Position numbers and translations under genes: made by a program
Shown here: piece after piece, positions 50,246 through 63,030 of the stretch
How positions within the stretch are numbered: position 1 is the stretch's first letter
How the letters are laid out: every line of letters starts with the position of its first letter
DNA from: Rhodospirillaceae bacterium
Lineage (GTDB): Bacteria; Pseudomonadota; Alphaproteobacteria; GCA-2731375
Direction: 5' to 3'
DNA length: 64,000 nucleotides
NCBI GenBank assembly: GCA_018660265.1
Contig: JABJKS010000084.1
Span: 14,036-78,035 of the forward strand
The notes under the pieces: generated by a model
The model's input: only the letters and a program-made list of their open reading frames with translations
The model's database searches: none
Told to the model about the DNA's origin: nothing

Positions 50246-50941
50246 ATGCTGAAGGTAGACAACATTGATCTTTTCTATGGTGCCTCCCAGGCCCTGCGCA
50301 AAGTATCGCTGACCGCCAAACCTGGTGAGGTGACGTGCGTACTGGGCCGCAACGGCGTTGGCAAAACATCTCTGTTGCGCGCCATCGTCGGGCAACAAGC
50401 CATTGGCGGCGGCGCAATTGAATGGGAGGACAAGGACATCTCCAAAACTCCCAGTCATGCCAGGGCCCGGGCGGGCATCGCCTATGTGCCCCAGGGGCGT
50501 GAGATTTTTCCATTTCTGACGGTGGATGAGAATTTACGTTCCGGCTTTGCCGCCCTGCCCCGTAGCGAGCGTCGTTTACCGCCTGAAACGTTTAAGCTGT
50601 TTCCCGTGTTGAAGGATATGCTGGGCCGACAGGGTGGTGATCTGTCGGGCGGACAGCAACAGCAATTGGCCATCGCCCGGGCGCTTGCCATGCAGCCGCG
50701 CCTGTTGGTGCTGGATGAGCCGACCGAGGGCATTCAGCCCTCCATCATCAAGGACATTCAGCGCATCATTGCCCTGTTGCGTGATCGTGGCGATATGGCC
50801 ATTGTGCTGGTGGAGCAGTATTTCGAATTCGCCCGGGACCTGGCCGACAGTTACATCGTCATGGATCGGGGAGAAGTGGTGCTGTCGGGGCAACGATCAG
50901 AAATGGTTGAAACAGATGTACGCCAGTATCTCACGGTCTGA
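50246..50941 (+). CDS. urtE: Urea ABC transporter ATPase UrtE
   Basis: GRNGVGKT, LSGGQQQQL, LDEPTEGIQPSII. Confidence 0.94.
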   Translation: MLKVDNIDLFYGASQALRKVSLTAKPGEVTCVLGRNGVGKTSLLRAIVGQQAIGGGAIEWEDKDISKTPSHARARAGIAYVPQGREIFPFLTVDENLRSGFAALPRSERRLPPETFKLFPVLKDMLGRQGGDLSGGQQQQLAIARALAMQPRLLVLDEPTEGIQPSIIKDIQRIIALLRDRGDMAIVLVEQYFEFARDLADSYIVMDRGEVVLSGQRSEMVETDVRQYLTV

Positions 50942-50942
50942 G

Positions 50943-51764
50943 ATGCAGCCCAAATTACAACGCCTCTCGGGTGCTGCGCGGGTTGGTTTTTCCGGGCCCG
51001 AAAGCGGCCTGACAGAGCTGTACCAAAGCAACCCCTGCCGGGTTTTGCTGCCCCGACATGGCGATGGCCCGGTTGAGGCCGTCTTGCTGAACACCGCCGG
51101 CGGCATCACCGATGGCGATGAATTAGGCTATTCGATCCAGGCAACAAACGGTGCCCATGTCCTTGCCACCACCCAGGCGGCAGAAAAAGTCTACCAATCC
51201 CGTGGTGACGATGCCGAGGTTCACTGCCACCTGCACCTGGAAGATAACGCGACATTGGAATGGCTGCCCCAGGAAACCATTCTGTTTGATCGCGCCGCCC
51301 TGGCCCGCAAAACCGACATCGTAATGGACGGCAACAGCCGCCTGCTGGCCATGGATTGGCTTTTGCTGGGACGCCTCGCCAGGGGCGAGACATTGCAGGC
51401 GGCCTCTGTGCATGATCGATGGCGGCTGCGCCGGGATGGTCGGCTGATCTGGGCCGATGATTTCCGACTGACGGGCGACATTGAAAGCCTGCGCCAGCGC
51501 CCAGCGCTATTGGCCGGGGCCCGCGCCATGGCGACGTTGATATATGCCGCACCGGACGCCGGGGCGCAGGTAAAAACCGCCAAGCGTCTGATTGAAAATT
51601 GCCAGGGCCGGGCCGGCGTCAGCGACCGGCCGGGGTTGTTGCTGTGCCGCTTCATGGCCCGTGACGGTCTAACCTTGCGGCGGGATGTGGAAGGGTTTCT
51701 ATCGCCTTTTCGGGCCGCAATTCATGGCCGGACCCTACCCTTACCCCGGGTCTGGTCCTGTTAA
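50943..51764 (+). CDS. ureD: Urease accessory protein UreD
   Basis: LNTAGGITDGD, TTQAAEKVY, LEWLPQETILF, LPRVW. Confidence 0.93.
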   Translation: MQPKLQRLSGAARVGFSGPESGLTELYQSNPCRVLLPRHGDGPVEAVLLNTAGGITDGDELGYSIQATNGAHVLATTQAAEKVYQSRGDDAEVHCHLHLEDNATLEWLPQETILFDRAALARKTDIVMDGNSRLLAMDWLLLGRLARGETLQAASVHDRWRLRRDGRLIWADDFRLTGDIESLRQRPALLAGARAMATLIYAAPDAGAQVKTAKRLIENCQGRAGVSDRPGLLLCRFMARDGLTLRRDVEGFLSPFRAAIHGRTLPLPRVWSC

Positions 51765-51790
51765 GTTTTAGCTATTGAGGAGGACAATGC

Positions 51791-52093
51791 ATGTTCCTAA
51801 CACCACGGGAAAAAGACAAATTGATGATTGCCACCGCGGCCATGGTGGCGCGCAACCGCTTGGCCCGCGGCGTTATCCTGAACTATCCCGAAGCCGTCGC
51901 CCTGATCACGGATTTCGTCGTGGAAGGCGCCCGCGATGGACGCACCGTCGCCGATCTGATGGCCGCAGGGGCCGGGGTCATCAGCAAGGATCAGGTCATG
52001 GAGGGCATCGCGGAGATGCTGCCCGACGTGCAGGTTGAAGCTACTTTCCCCGACGGGACCAAGCTGGTCACTGTCCACCATCCCATTCGTTGA
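51791..52093 (+). CDS. ureA: Urease gamma subunit
   Basis: [29 protein letters not shown]. Confidence 0.97.
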   Translation: MFLTPREKDKLMIATAAMVARNRLARGVILNYPEAVALITDFVVEGARDGRTVADLMAAGAGVISKDQVMEGIAEMLPDVQVEATFPDGTKLVTVHHPIR

Positions 52094-52098
52094 GGCAC

Positions 52099-52422
52099 AT
52101 GACCATGATCCCCGGAGAGATAATTCCCAAAGACGGCGAGCTGACCCTGAACCAGGGCCAGGACGTCATCACGTTGACCATTGCCAATAAAGGCGACCGC
52201 CCCGTGCAAGTGGGCAGCCATTACCATTTCAGCGAAACCAACGCCGAGCTGGATTTTGACCGGGCGGCAGCACGCGGCCGCCGCCTGGATATTCCCGCCG
52301 GCACAGCGATCCGCTTCGAACCGGGGCAAAGCCGTGAAGTGCCCCTGGTGGCCTATCGGGGCGGGCGCGTTGTGCACGGATTTAATGGTGCCGTCGCAGG
52401 CCCGCTTGAAGAGGAGGGCTAG
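52099..52422 (+). CDS. ureB: Urease beta subunit
   Basis: [32 protein letters not shown]. Confidence 0.96.
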   Translation: MTMIPGEIIPKDGELTLNQGQDVITLTIANKGDRPVQVGSHYHFSETNAELDFDRAAARGRRLDIPAGTAIRFEPGQSREVPLVAYRGGRVVHGFNGAVAGPLEEEG

Positions 52423-52425
52423 ATC

Positions 52426-54132
<1,707 letters not shown>

Positions 54133-54142
54133 GGAGGCTTCC

Positions 54143-54604
54143 ATGGAACGCGCAATCGCACATTTCTCTGCCAATCATTGGCCGGCTGAGCGGGCGGCGG
54201 ACGGCGTCACCTTGGCATTCGACGACCGCCATCGCCGCCGCATCCGTCTAACTACGGACGGGGGGGAAGCGATCCTGTTGGATCTGCCAAAGGCCAAGGC
54301 CATGGCGCACGGCGACGGCCTGCAAATCGATGATGGCCGCTGGTTGGAAGTCCGCGCGGCGCCGGAGCCTTTGTTGGAAATTCGGTGCGCCACGCACCTG
54401 GCCCTCATGCGCATGGCCTGGCATTTGGGCAATCGGCACTTGCCCACGGATCTGACGGATGAGCGCCTGCGCATTCGCCCCGACCATGTGATCGAGGCCA
54501 TGGTCTTGGGCATGGGCGGTCAGGTTGAACATATCGTGGCACCCTTTCAGCCCGAAGGCGGTGCCTATGACGAAGACAATAGCGGCCACAGCCATGACCA
54601 CTGA
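54143..54604 (+). CDS. ureE: Urease accessory protein UreE
   Basis: DRHRRR, AWHLGNRH, FQPEGGAY; His-containing tail. Confidence 0.94.
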   Translation: MERAIAHFSANHWPAERAADGVTLAFDDRHRRRIRLTTDGGEAILLDLPKAKAMAHGDGLQIDDGRWLEVRAAPEPLLEIRCATHLALMRMAWHLGNRHLPTDLTDERLRIRPDHVIEAMVLGMGGQVEHIVAPFQPEGGAYDEDNSGHSHDH

Positions 54605-55277
54605 CCCGACTAACCTGTTGCGCCTGCAAAGCTGGCTTTCACCCGCCTTCCCCATTGGTGCGTTCAGTTACTCCCACGGTCTGGAGTACGCGGTAGAGGC
54701 GGGCCTGGTGCATGACCGGGACAGTCTGATCGATTGGCTGGACGGGGATTTACGATTTGGCAGTGGCCGTAACGAGGCGATATTTCTGGTCCTGGCCCTC
54801 AAGTCGGAAGGCGAAGCCTTTCTGGAGATCGCCGAACTAGCGGAAGCCTCTGCCGCCAGCAAGGAATTGGCCTTGGAAGGTTTGTCCCAGGGTCAGGCAT
54901 TTTTATTGACGATACAGCGCGCCTGGCCGAACGAGGCCTTAACGGCCGGTGCGGATCTATTGAACAAGTCCGGCATTACGCCAACCCAGGCCATTGCCAC
55001 TGCGCTCGTCTGTCGGGTCCATGGCATCGACCCTACGGATACCCTGCATCTATATCTGCAAGCCTGGTCAGCAAATTTAATCAACGCAGCCGTGCGCCTG
55101 GTCCCATTGGGGCAGACTGATGGTCAACTGGCTCAGGCTGCATTGGAAGCGGCCATTATCGCCACGGCGTCGGCAGCCAACGATGCGACCTTGGACGATA
55201 TAGGTTCTGCCGCCCTGATGGTGGACTGGGCCAGCATGCAACACGAAAACCAATACACGAGGTTGTTTCGATCATGA
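54594..55277 (+). CDS. ureF: Urease accessory protein UreF
   Basis: [38 protein letters not shown]. Confidence 0.95.
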   Translation: MTTDPTNLLRLQSWLSPAFPIGAFSYSHGLEYAVEAGLVHDRDSLIDWLDGDLRFGSGRNEAIFLVLALKSEGEAFLEIAELAEASAASKELALEGLSQGQAFLLTIQRAWPNEALTAGADLLNKSGITPTQAIATALVCRVHGIDPTDTLHLYLQAWSANLINAAVRLVPLGQTDGQLAQAALEAAIIATASAANDATLDDIGSAALMVDWASMQHENQYTRLFRS

Positions 55278-55936
55278 GCACGAACACACAATCAATACAG
55301 CACGATCACGGCCCCCATCACGGCCCCTTACGTGTCGGCGTCGGTGGCCCGGTTGGCTCCGGCAAAACGGCATTGTTGGAAGCCCTTTGCCGGCGTATGA
55401 GCGACGAGCGGGATATCGTCGTCATCACCAATGATATCTATACCAAGGAGGATCAACAGATCCTGACCCGCTCGGGCGCTTTACCGGCGGAGCGGATTAT
55501 GGGCGTGGAAACCGGCGGCTGCCCCCATACGGCGATCCGAGAAGATGCTTCCATCAATTTGGCCGCAGTGGCGGAGATGAGTGGAAAATTCCCCGAGGCC
55601 GAGATTTGCCTGATCGAGTCCGGTGGCGATAACCTGGCCGCGACCTTCAGCCCGGAACTGGCGGATCTGACCATCTATGTTATTGACGTTGCCGCCGGCG
55701 AAAAAATTCCCCGCAAGGGCGGCCCCGGCATTACCCGATCAGATCTGTTGGTAATCAACAAGATTGACCTCGCACCAATGGTAGGCGCGAATTTGGACAT
55801 TATGCGCAGCGATACGGAGCGTATGCGCGGGGAGCGTCCATTTATCTTCACCAACCTAAAAACCCATGAAGGCCTGGACGTCGTCGTCGACTTCATCACA
55901 GAGGCTGGGGGCCTCACCCTTCTTCAGGCGGACTAA
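55274..55936 (+). CDS. ureG: Urease accessory GTPase UreG
   Basis: [27 protein letters not shown]. Confidence 0.97.
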   Translation: MSTNTQSIQHDHGPHHGPLRVGVGGPVGSGKTALLEALCRRMSDERDIVVITNDIYTKEDQQILTRSGALPAERIMGVETGGCPHTAIREDASINLAAVAEMSGKFPEAEICLIESGGDNLAATFSPELADLTIYVIDVAAGEKIPRKGGPGITRSDLLVINKIDLAPMVGANLDIMRSDTERMRGERPFIFTNLKTHEGLDVVVDFITEAGGLTLLQAD

Positions 55937-56026
55937 GCACCCATTAACCCGGCCTAGTTCATTGATATTGACCTTTCCCCTTTGATGCCTAAATTGGGGT
56001 CAGGGGTGAGATGCGCGGTCTCTTTA

Positions 56027-56125
56027 CGTCATTGTCAGGCTTGACCCGGCAACCCAGGGCAACAAACTTTGCCGTTCGCATCCCTGGATTCGCGGGTCTT
56101 CGCTATGCTTCGCCCGAGAATGACG
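56027..56125. repeat. CGTC-tagged palindromic repeat (REP-like doublet) upstream of folE
   Basis: CGTCattgtcaggcttgacccggcaaccca ... tggattcgcgggtc...gcccgagaatGACG; terminal cgtcatt/aatgacg and ccaggg/ccctgg pairing. Confidence 0.75.
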
Positions 56126-56163
56126 GAGTATTGTGTCGTCGAAATTGGGACAGGGATAGGATC

Positions 56164-56826
56164 ATGAACAAGCCACCAAAGTTGGATACGGAAGCAAACC
56201 TGGCGGAAACCCTGGCGGCTGAGCGTCAGGCAGCGCTTGCCCGCCGTCCCAGCCGGGCGGAGGCAGAGGACGCCATACGCACCTTGATCCGCTGGACCGG
56301 TGATGATCCGATGCGTGAAGGCCTGTTGGGCACGCCGGAGCGGGTGGCGCGGGCGTACGAGGAATATTTCGCCGGCTACCATGATGACCCCGTGGAAATC
56401 CTGCAACGCACCTTTGAAGAAGTTGAAGGCTATGACGAAATGGTCCTGCTGCGGGATATCCGTTTCGAAAGCCATTGCGAACATCACATGGCACCCATAT
56501 TGGGCCGGGCCCATATTGCCTATTTGCCCGACCACCGGGTCGTGGGCATTTCCAAACTGGCCCGTCTGGTGGAAGTCTTTGCCAAACGCCTGCAAATCCA
56601 GGAAAAAATGACGGCGCAAATTGCCAACACCATTCAACAGGTCCTCCAACCCCTGGGCGTGGCCGTGGTGATTGAGGCCTCGCACCAATGCATGACCACC
56701 CGTGGCGTGCACAAACCGGGTGCGGCGTTGGCGACTTCCCGCATGTTGGGGGCGTTCCGGGAAAGCGCCTCGACGCGCCGGGAATTCCTCGCCATGATCC
56801 GGGGCAGCGGCAACCTCGACGATTAG
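56164..56826 (+). CDS. folE: GTP cyclohydrolase I
   Basis: [36 protein letters not shown]. Confidence 0.95.
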   Translation: MNKPPKLDTEANLAETLAAERQAALARRPSRAEAEDAIRTLIRWTGDDPMREGLLGTPERVARAYEEYFAGYHDDPVEILQRTFEEVEGYDEMVLLRDIRFESHCEHHMAPILGRAHIAYLPDHRVVGISKLARLVEVFAKRLQIQEKMTAQIANTIQQVLQPLGVAVVIEASHQCMTTRGVHKPGAALATSRMLGAFRESASTRREFLAMIRGSGNLDD

Positions 56827-56840
56827 GGGCGACGACTAGC

Positions 56841-57866
56841 TTATAGGGCGATGTAGCACCCTTCGGCGGAGGAGCGGTAGACGGCCTCTTCAATCTTCAG
56901 GTTCCGCAAATAGTCCCGCGCTGTATTCTCCAACGGTGCGCCTTGCGTCAAATGTGCCAGAACGTGTTTTTGCAAGGCATAGACACTGTCGCCGGCAAAG
57001 CCCTGATCCTGCCAGACATAATCATGCACCGCCTCTGCGCCGCCATGAGGTTTCCAGTACAATCCGCCACTGCCATCCAGTCGCAGAACACCGGCGGAAC
57101 CCTCCAGCCACATCTCGCCCATGGTCAGGCGGGTGTTTTCGGCCACATGATCGTTCAGGCGGTTACCGTCGAACAGTCCAGTACGCTGGCCTTTGAAATC
57201 AAACATGATGACGCCGCCATCTTCGCCGGCGATGTGGGGGTTCAGGCGGCGCAGGCGGGCCATAACGCCCGTGACCTCGCCAAGAAGATAGCGAAAGGTA
57301 TCAATAAAATGGATGGCGGTTTCATGTACTAAAAACCGCTCCATCGTTTGGAAATAGGGTTGGCGACCCAGATAAGCCTCTGCCCCTTGGCCATCGCCCG
57401 GACGCAGACGAAAGGCAACGCCGTGCAGATCGCCCAGATGACGGGCTTTGATCAGGCGCGCCATTTCCCGGTACCAGGGCTGAAAACGAAAATTCTCGTG
57501 CACCACCAACAGACTGCCGGCCTGTTCCGCCATCTCAACGACCCGTACCGCTTCGTCATAGGTGGGCGCCAACGGTTTCTGGCAGATCGCCGGCAGACCC
57601 CGTGCCGCAACCGACCCGACCAATTCCAGGTGAGAGGCCGGCGGCGTGGCGATGTCCACCAGATCAGGCCTCGCCTCATCCAACATGGCCTCAACATTTG
57701 TGAAGGCTTTCGCGCCGTGGCTCGACGATGCTACCGCTGCCCTGTTGCCGTCCTGATCGGCTATGGCGACCAACTCTGCGCCCGGCAGGCGGGCCCAGGC
57801 GTCATGGTGAAACTGCGCAAAGTAGCCTGCGCCAATGACGGCGACCTTCAAAGGGCGATCACTCAC
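56841..57866 (-). CDS. Gfo/Idh/MocA family oxidoreductase
   Basis: GAGYFA, CQKP, HENFRFQPWYR, ETAIHFID. Confidence 0.9.
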   Translation of the reverse strand: MSDRPLKVAVIGAGYFAQFHHDAWARLPGAELVAIADQDGNRAAVASSSHGAKAFTNVEAMLDEARPDLVDIATPPASHLELVGSVAARGLPAICQKPLAPTYDEAVRVVEMAEQAGSLLVVHENFRFQPWYREMARLIKARHLGDLHGVAFRLRPGDGQGAEAYLGRQPYFQTMERFLVHETAIHFIDTFRYLLGEVTGVMARLRRLNPHIAGEDGGVIMFDFKGQRTGLFDGNRLNDHVAENTRLTMGEMWLEGSAGVLRLDGSGGLYWKPHGGAEAVHDYVWQDQGFAGDSVYALQKHVLAHLTQGAPLENTARDYLRNLKIEEAVYRSSAEGCYIAL

Positions 57867-58849
57867 AAACGAACATTCCAATGGGACGGGGTGAAGCCAG
57901 GCACCGGGCTTTCGAAAGTATAGAGCTTGTTGTCCAGTAGATTACCCAGATAGGCCGTACGCCTGTCCGGGCCGCCAAACGCGATGGACGAGATGCTTTG
58001 CATCACCTCTGTCTCGATATTATCCATGTGTGATCGGTCCATTTCGCCGGCCAGGAAAGCTTTTTCGATGAACTCCAATTGCGCCGGGTCGTTCTCCTCA
58101 ATGACCACATGTTGCTGGCGGTCAGGGGTCACCCGGATGACACGGTTGGATACGACGGAGGTCATCCAAAATGCACCTTCCTCGTCAAAAGCCAGGCCAT
58201 CCGGATAGGTGCCATGGCCATATTCCACAAAGGTCTCGTGCGCGCCCAATCCATCACCCTCGCCAATGCGATAGCGCGACGTACGCCGGGCCATGGTCTC
58301 GTTCACGTATAACCAATCCCCTGTGGGATCGACGATAGCTTCATTGGTATAGCCGATATCATCAGCCACGATACGGGGGCCCTTGTCATCGATCAGAACG
58401 ATGAAACCATCCGCCACATCGGGGCGATAGGCCAGGGCACGGGGATCATGACGGGTGGAGAAGGTAATCCAGATGCGTTGATCATGATCGACGCCGACGA
58501 AATTCGCCGATGGCAATTTTTCGCCATTCAATTCCACCAACAGCGGGCGCACATCGCCGTTTCGAGACAGCCGCCAGGCACCACCCCCCTCGCCATGCAG
58601 ATCGGCGGCCAGGAAATCGCCGTCCTTGGTCAGGGCAAAGCCGTTGGTGGCGACGGGGGGCAGGCCATCAGCCCGTTGACCCAGAATGTCCCGGCGTGAA
58701 CCATCAGGCGCGATGACACTGACACCGCCCTCCCAATGTGAGGTGATGACCGTGCCGTCCGCCAGGCACAGAACGCATTCCGGCCTGGTTAGTCCGGCAC
58801 CATAAGTGCCCAGATCTCCCGGTGTCAGGTGAAATTTATCCGTCGCCAT
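57863..58849 (-). CDS. SMP-30/gluconolactonase family protein
   Basis: RPEC, NGF, YTNE, YPDGLAFD, FGGPD. Confidence 0.85.
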   Translation of the reverse strand: MATDKFHLTPGDLGTYGAGLTRPECVLCLADGTVITSHWEGGVSVIAPDGSRRDILGQRADGLPPVATNGFALTKDGDFLAADLHGEGGGAWRLSRNGDVRPLLVELNGEKLPSANFVGVDHDQRIWITFSTRHDPRALAYRPDVADGFIVLIDDKGPRIVADDIGYTNEAIVDPTGDWLYVNETMARRTSRYRIGEGDGLGAHETFVEYGHGTYPDGLAFDEEGAFWMTSVVSNRVIRVTPDRQQHVVIEENDPAQLEFIEKAFLAGEMDRSHMDNIETEVMQSISSIAFGGPDRRTAYLGNLLDNKLYTFESPVPGFTPSHWNVRL

Positions 58850-58927
58850 GTCACAGTTACCTCCCATGCTTATCCAGGTTATTATAGTGGGCGAGTATCC
58901 CCTTCATAGTAAAGGTTCCCCGGCGCC

Positions 58928-60130
58928 ATGCGCACTGTATTTTGGCCCCTTGTTGGCACCACCTGGATGCAGACCGTCACTGCCATGATGTTTCTGACAG
59001 TGCCCGTGCTGGCCCCCGCCCTGGCAGATGATGTGGGCCTCCAGGCTAGCCACGTGGGTTTGTATACGGCTCTGGTGTTTCTGGGTGCCATGCCCATTTC
59101 CCTGGTCATGGGTGCCCTGACCAACCGTTTTGGTGCGCTTCGGGTGATGCAGTGCGGCATGGTGCTCTCTGCCACCGCTCTGTTGATATCAACCACCGGC
59201 CTGCTGCCCGTTATCCTGATCTGTGGTTTTCTTCTTGGTATGGGTTACGGCCCCAATACCCCGGGTGCCGCCCATATCCTGGCCCGCATCACCAAGCCCA
59301 AGGACCGCCCCCTGGTTTTTTCCATTAAGCAAAGTGGCGCGCCCCTGGGTGGATTTCTGGCCGGAATATTGGTGCCCTGGATTGTCATCAGCGCCGGCTG
59401 GCAGGCAGCCCTGATGGTTTCCGGTGGCCTGGGCCTGATCGCTGTGTTCATGGTCCAACCCTTGCGCACCAAATCTGATGACGACCGCCAACCGGGCCTG
59501 CCATTGTCGGCGCACGGGGTGGGCCAGCAATTGCGTCTGTTGGCGGGGAATGCGGCATTGCGCAAACTAACCCTGGCGAGCTTTATTTTCGCCGGCGTTC
59601 AGGCCTGTTTGTTCGCCTATCTGGTCAGCTTTCTGGTGGATCATGTGGGGCTGGATTTGATCCGCGCCGGGTTCGCCTATGCCTGTATGCAATTGATGGG
59701 TGTCGGTGCCCGCATTGGCTGGGGCTGGATCGCCGACCGCTTTGTCCGTGCTTCGATTGTGCTGGCGGGTCTGGGCCTTGCATCGGCCCTGCTCGTGGCC
59801 GTCGCGGCGCAGTTCAATGGCGAGTGGCCGTTCTGGCTTATCGTTACCGTTGCCGCCGCCATTGGCGCCACGGTGGCCAGCTGGAACGGTGTCTTCATGG
59901 CCGAGGTTATCCGTACAGCGCCCCCAGATCAGGTTAGTGCGGCAACCGGAGGGACGATTTTCTTTACTTATTTCGGGCTGGTGGTGGGGCCATTGGTTTT
60001 TGCCGCCCTGGTCGCCATAAGCGATGGTTACAGCCTGGCATTCTATGTCATCGCCGGGGCAATTTTCGCCGCCGCCCTATCAATTTTGCCGCGCCGCGAC
60101 AAAACGTCACCAAGCCGGCAAAATTCATAG
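58928..60130 (+). CDS. MFS transporter
   Basis: About 12 TM segments; FSIKQSGAPLGG, WGWIADR, SWNGV. Confidence 0.88.
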   Translation: MRTVFWPLVGTTWMQTVTAMMFLTVPVLAPALADDVGLQASHVGLYTALVFLGAMPISLVMGALTNRFGALRVMQCGMVLSATALLISTTGLLPVILICGFLLGMGYGPNTPGAAHILARITKPKDRPLVFSIKQSGAPLGGFLAGILVPWIVISAGWQAALMVSGGLGLIAVFMVQPLRTKSDDDRQPGLPLSAHGVGQQLRLLAGNAALRKLTLASFIFAGVQACLFAYLVSFLVDHVGLDLIRAGFAYACMQLMGVGARIGWGWIADRFVRASIVLAGLGLASALLVAVAAQFNGEWPFWLIVTVAAAIGATVASWNGVFMAEVIRTAPPDQVSAATGGTIFFTYFGLVVGPLVFAALVAISDGYSLAFYVIAGAIFAAALSILPRRDKTSPSRQNS

Positions 60131-60161
60131 ACTGGCAATAAAATGCTGCTATAAGGCCGCC

Positions 60162-60413
60162 ATGAGCATCCCAGATTTAAACATAGACGCCAATATTGGC
60201 GATCGTCAGTTCGACCAGGAAGAACAACCCATGTTCATGGTCATGGGCGGTGAAGTCCATGATCCGCGCGGGGCCGAATTCGTTGACCTGTCCGCCCTGG
60301 ATATCTGCGGCGTCTTTCCCTCCTACGAGGCCGCCTTCAACGTCTGGCGCGGCGCGGCGCAAGCCACCGTGGACCGGGCCTTCATCAAATACATGATCAT
60401 CCGCCTGCGTTAG
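60162..60413 (+). CDS. DUF4170 family protein
   Basis: MVMGGEV, F.DL..LD..G.FPSY, W...AQATVD. Confidence 0.75.
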   Translation: MSIPDLNIDANIGDRQFDQEEQPMFMVMGGEVHDPRGAEFVDLSALDICGVFPSYEAAFNVWRGAAQATVDRAFIKYMIIRLR

Positions 60414-60446
60414 AGCGTGTCGCGGCTAGCGTCTTAAGTCAGCCAA

Positions 60447-61298
60447 TCAGGGCATGGGAATATTCGCCGGTGCCACGGGTAATCCGGCAACGTCGGCGCG
60501 CATGCGATAGACCGTACCGGAATGATCACTGTCCGTGCCGCCTGAACCAGTAACGATATATAGATCCATCAGGTCGTCGCCGCCGAAACAGACAGACGTG
60601 ACCATGGGTAATTCCACGGGAATTGATTTTCGCAGACTGCCGTCCGGCTCAAAAACATCAACCCTTGAGCCGTGCGCCATGGCAACCCAGACGCTGCCGT
60701 CTACGGCCACCTTCAGGCCATCGGGGGTCGCACCCGCAATCTCGGCGAAGGTGCGATGGGGGCTCAGGTCGCCGTTCTCTTCCACATCGTAAACACGGAT
60801 CAGGCTGCGCCGGGATTCCGAATGGTATAACTTTGTGCCGTCGGGGGAAAATCCCATGCCATTGGTCAACATGATGTCATGCCCGACCACCCGGTAACTA
60901 CCGTCCAGGTCAATACAGAACAGGGTGGCCGGCTTGGGCGTATCATCGCTGCCCACGGGACGGAAGGACAATGCACCCGCGTAAATGCGGCCCTTGGCAT
61001 CCGTGGTAATATCGTTGAAACCGATCCAGCCGCCGTCAGGGTTGTCAGGCAGTAAAACCTGGGTGGGGCCACCATCCGCGGGCTTGAGAGAGATATTGCG
61101 TCCAGAGACGACGATGCCGCCGTTTTCATGCAAGGCCATACCGCCAATGCCCCGGCGATGTTCGATGACTTGGGAGATGCTGCCGTCAGGGGCCAGACAA
61201 AAGGCCCCGCCATCAATGACGTCGGAGAAAATTAAGCCCCGTTTATCATCCCACACCGGCCCTTCGATCAATGTGTAGCCCGTGGCCAAAGTTTCCAT
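60447..61298 (-). CDS. SMP-30/gluconolactonase family protein
   Basis: EGPVW, FND, NGMGFSPDG, PDG, TSVCFGG. Confidence 0.9.
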   Translation of the reverse strand: METLATGYTLIEGPVWDDKRGLIFSDVIDGGAFCLAPDGSISQVIEHRRGIGGMALHENGGIVVSGRNISLKPADGGPTQVLLPDNPDGGWIGFNDITTDAKGRIYAGALSFRPVGSDDTPKPATLFCIDLDGSYRVVGHDIMLTNGMGFSPDGTKLYHSESRRSLIRVYDVEENGDLSPHRTFAEIAGATPDGLKVAVDGSVWVAMAHGSRVDVFEPDGSLRKSIPVELPMVTSVCFGGDDLMDLYIVTGSGGTDSDHSGTVYRMRADVAGLPVAPANIPMP

Positions 61299-61321
61299 GA
61301 TGGCGTCTCCTATATAGATAT

Positions 61322-62908
61322 TTATTCCGCTGAGAGATCATCCCCCGCCAGGGCCCGGCGCACAAGGGCCGCAGTCTCGGAGACACCATAAAGCGCGGCG
61401 AAGGAACCAAAGCGCGGCCCCTGGCTTTGCCCGAACAGAACCTCGTACAGGGCTTTGAACCAATCGCGCAGGTTCTCGAATTCGTGGGTTTTACCGATCT
61501 CGTAAACCTGGTTCTGAATATCTGTGCCCGAAAGCCCTGGGTCCATGGCCTCCAGTGCTGCTAACAGATCCTCCATCGCCGCCCGTTCCTGATCGGTCGG
61601 TTGGCGATAGATCTTAAAGGGCTTCACGAAATCCCGGTAATAATTGATGGCATAACCCACCAAGGCATCCAGGGTGGGGTGATTTTCCGGCGTGGCGCCA
61701 GGGGCATAGCGGGTGATGAAGCCCCAGAGCACGCTTGGATCCTCTGAATGGCAGGCCCCGGCCAGGTTCATCAACAACGCGAAGGTGAGCGGTACGTCTT
61801 CCTGGGGTGGGGTGCCGCCATGAATGTGCCAGGCGGGGTTGGCCAGTTTCTCAGACTCTTCCTGGCCGTGAAAGCTATCGAGAAACCGCAGATAGTCGTC
61901 CACCGCCCGGGGGATAACATCAAAAAACAGGCGCTTGGCCCGGCGCGGTTGCTGGAACATATATAGCGACAGGCTTTCCGGCGTGGCATAGCGCAACCAT
62001 TCATCGATGGTCAGACCATTGCCACGGGATTTCGAGATTTTCTCGCCGTTTTCATCCAGGAACAGCTCATAGGTGAAGCTTTCAGGCGGTCGGGCACCCA
62101 AAATGCGGCAGATCTTGGAAGACAGGCGCACGGATTCGATCAGATCCTTGCCCGACATCTCATAGTCCACATCTAGGGCGAACCAGCGCATGGCCCAATC
62201 CGCCTTCCATTGCAGCTTGCAATGTCCCCCCGTCACCGGCACCTCAACCTGTCCGCCGGCCTCGTTCTCATAGACAATCGTGCCCGCATCCAGATCCCGC
62301 GCAATAATCGGCACCTGCAAAACACGTCCCGTATCCGGACAAAGAGGTAAAAACGGGCTGTAGGTGGCCTGACGCTCTTTGCCCAAGGTCGGCAGGATAA
62401 CGCCCATGACCTTGTCGTATTGCCGCAATACGGCCAGCAAGGCAGCATCAAACTGTCCGGATTTATAACAATCCGTGGAACTGACGAACTCATACTCAAA
62501 GCCGAATTGATCCAAAAATGTCTGCAGGCGCGCGTTATTATGGGCGCCAAAGCTGTCATGGGTGCCAAACGGATCAGGCACCTGTGTCAAGGGCATCTCC
62601 AGATGCCCGGTCAACATTTCCTGATTGGGGACATTGTCGGGCACTTTGCGCAGGCCATCCATGTCGTCAGAAAACGCCACCAGGCGGGTTGGAATATCGC
62701 ACAGCTCGTGGAAGGCCCGGCGCACCATGGAGGTTCGCGCCACCTCACCGAAAGTCCCGATATGCGGCAGGCCCGAGGGGCCATAACCGGTCTCGAACAG
62801 CACATGACCTTTATCCGGCGTCTTGCCGTTAACCCGTTTCAACAGGTTACGGGCCTCTTGAAAGGGCCAAGCCTTACTTTCTGTCGCCAGTTCTGTGTTT
62901 TTCGCCAT
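61322..62908 (-). CDS. lysS: Lysine--tRNA ligase, class I
   Basis: [17 protein letters not shown] (HIGH-like), KISKSRGN (KMSKS-like), GPRFGSF. Confidence 0.95.
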   Translation of the reverse strand: MAKNTELATESKAWPFQEARNLLKRVNGKTPDKGHVLFETGYGPSGLPHIGTFGEVARTSMVRRAFHELCDIPTRLVAFSDDMDGLRKVPDNVPNQEMLTGHLEMPLTQVPDPFGTHDSFGAHNNARLQTFLDQFGFEYEFVSSTDCYKSGQFDAALLAVLRQYDKVMGVILPTLGKERQATYSPFLPLCPDTGRVLQVPIIARDLDAGTIVYENEAGGQVEVPVTGGHCKLQWKADWAMRWFALDVDYEMSGKDLIESVRLSSKICRILGARPPESFTYELFLDENGEKISKSRGNGLTIDEWLRYATPESLSLYMFQQPRRAKRLFFDVIPRAVDDYLRFLDSFHGQEESEKLANPAWHIHGGTPPQEDVPLTFALLMNLAGACHSEDPSVLWGFITRYAPGATPENHPTLDALVGYAINYYRDFVKPFKIYRQPTDQERAAMEDLLAALEAMDPGLSGTDIQNQVYEIGKTHEFENLRDWFKALYEVLFGQSQGPRFGSFAALYGVSETAALVRRALAGDDLSAE

Positions 62909-63030
62909 GATACTCAATTCCTTGCGGGACCCCAACGAGGGCCTTGCCGGGGGGAGTGGGACATTAGGCAATTATTTCGTTACGTCAACCGGTGGTGGGC
63001 CTGCATCTGTGGGCTTATAGTGCGGCCAAG

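Noticed and set aside
50634..50942. Apparent long N-terminal extension of UreD
   Set aside because: Overlaps urtE out of frame; the ATG at 50943 directly after the urtE stop is the plausible start
61322..62908. Class I LysRS as unusual
   Set aside because: Well established in Alphaproteobacteria
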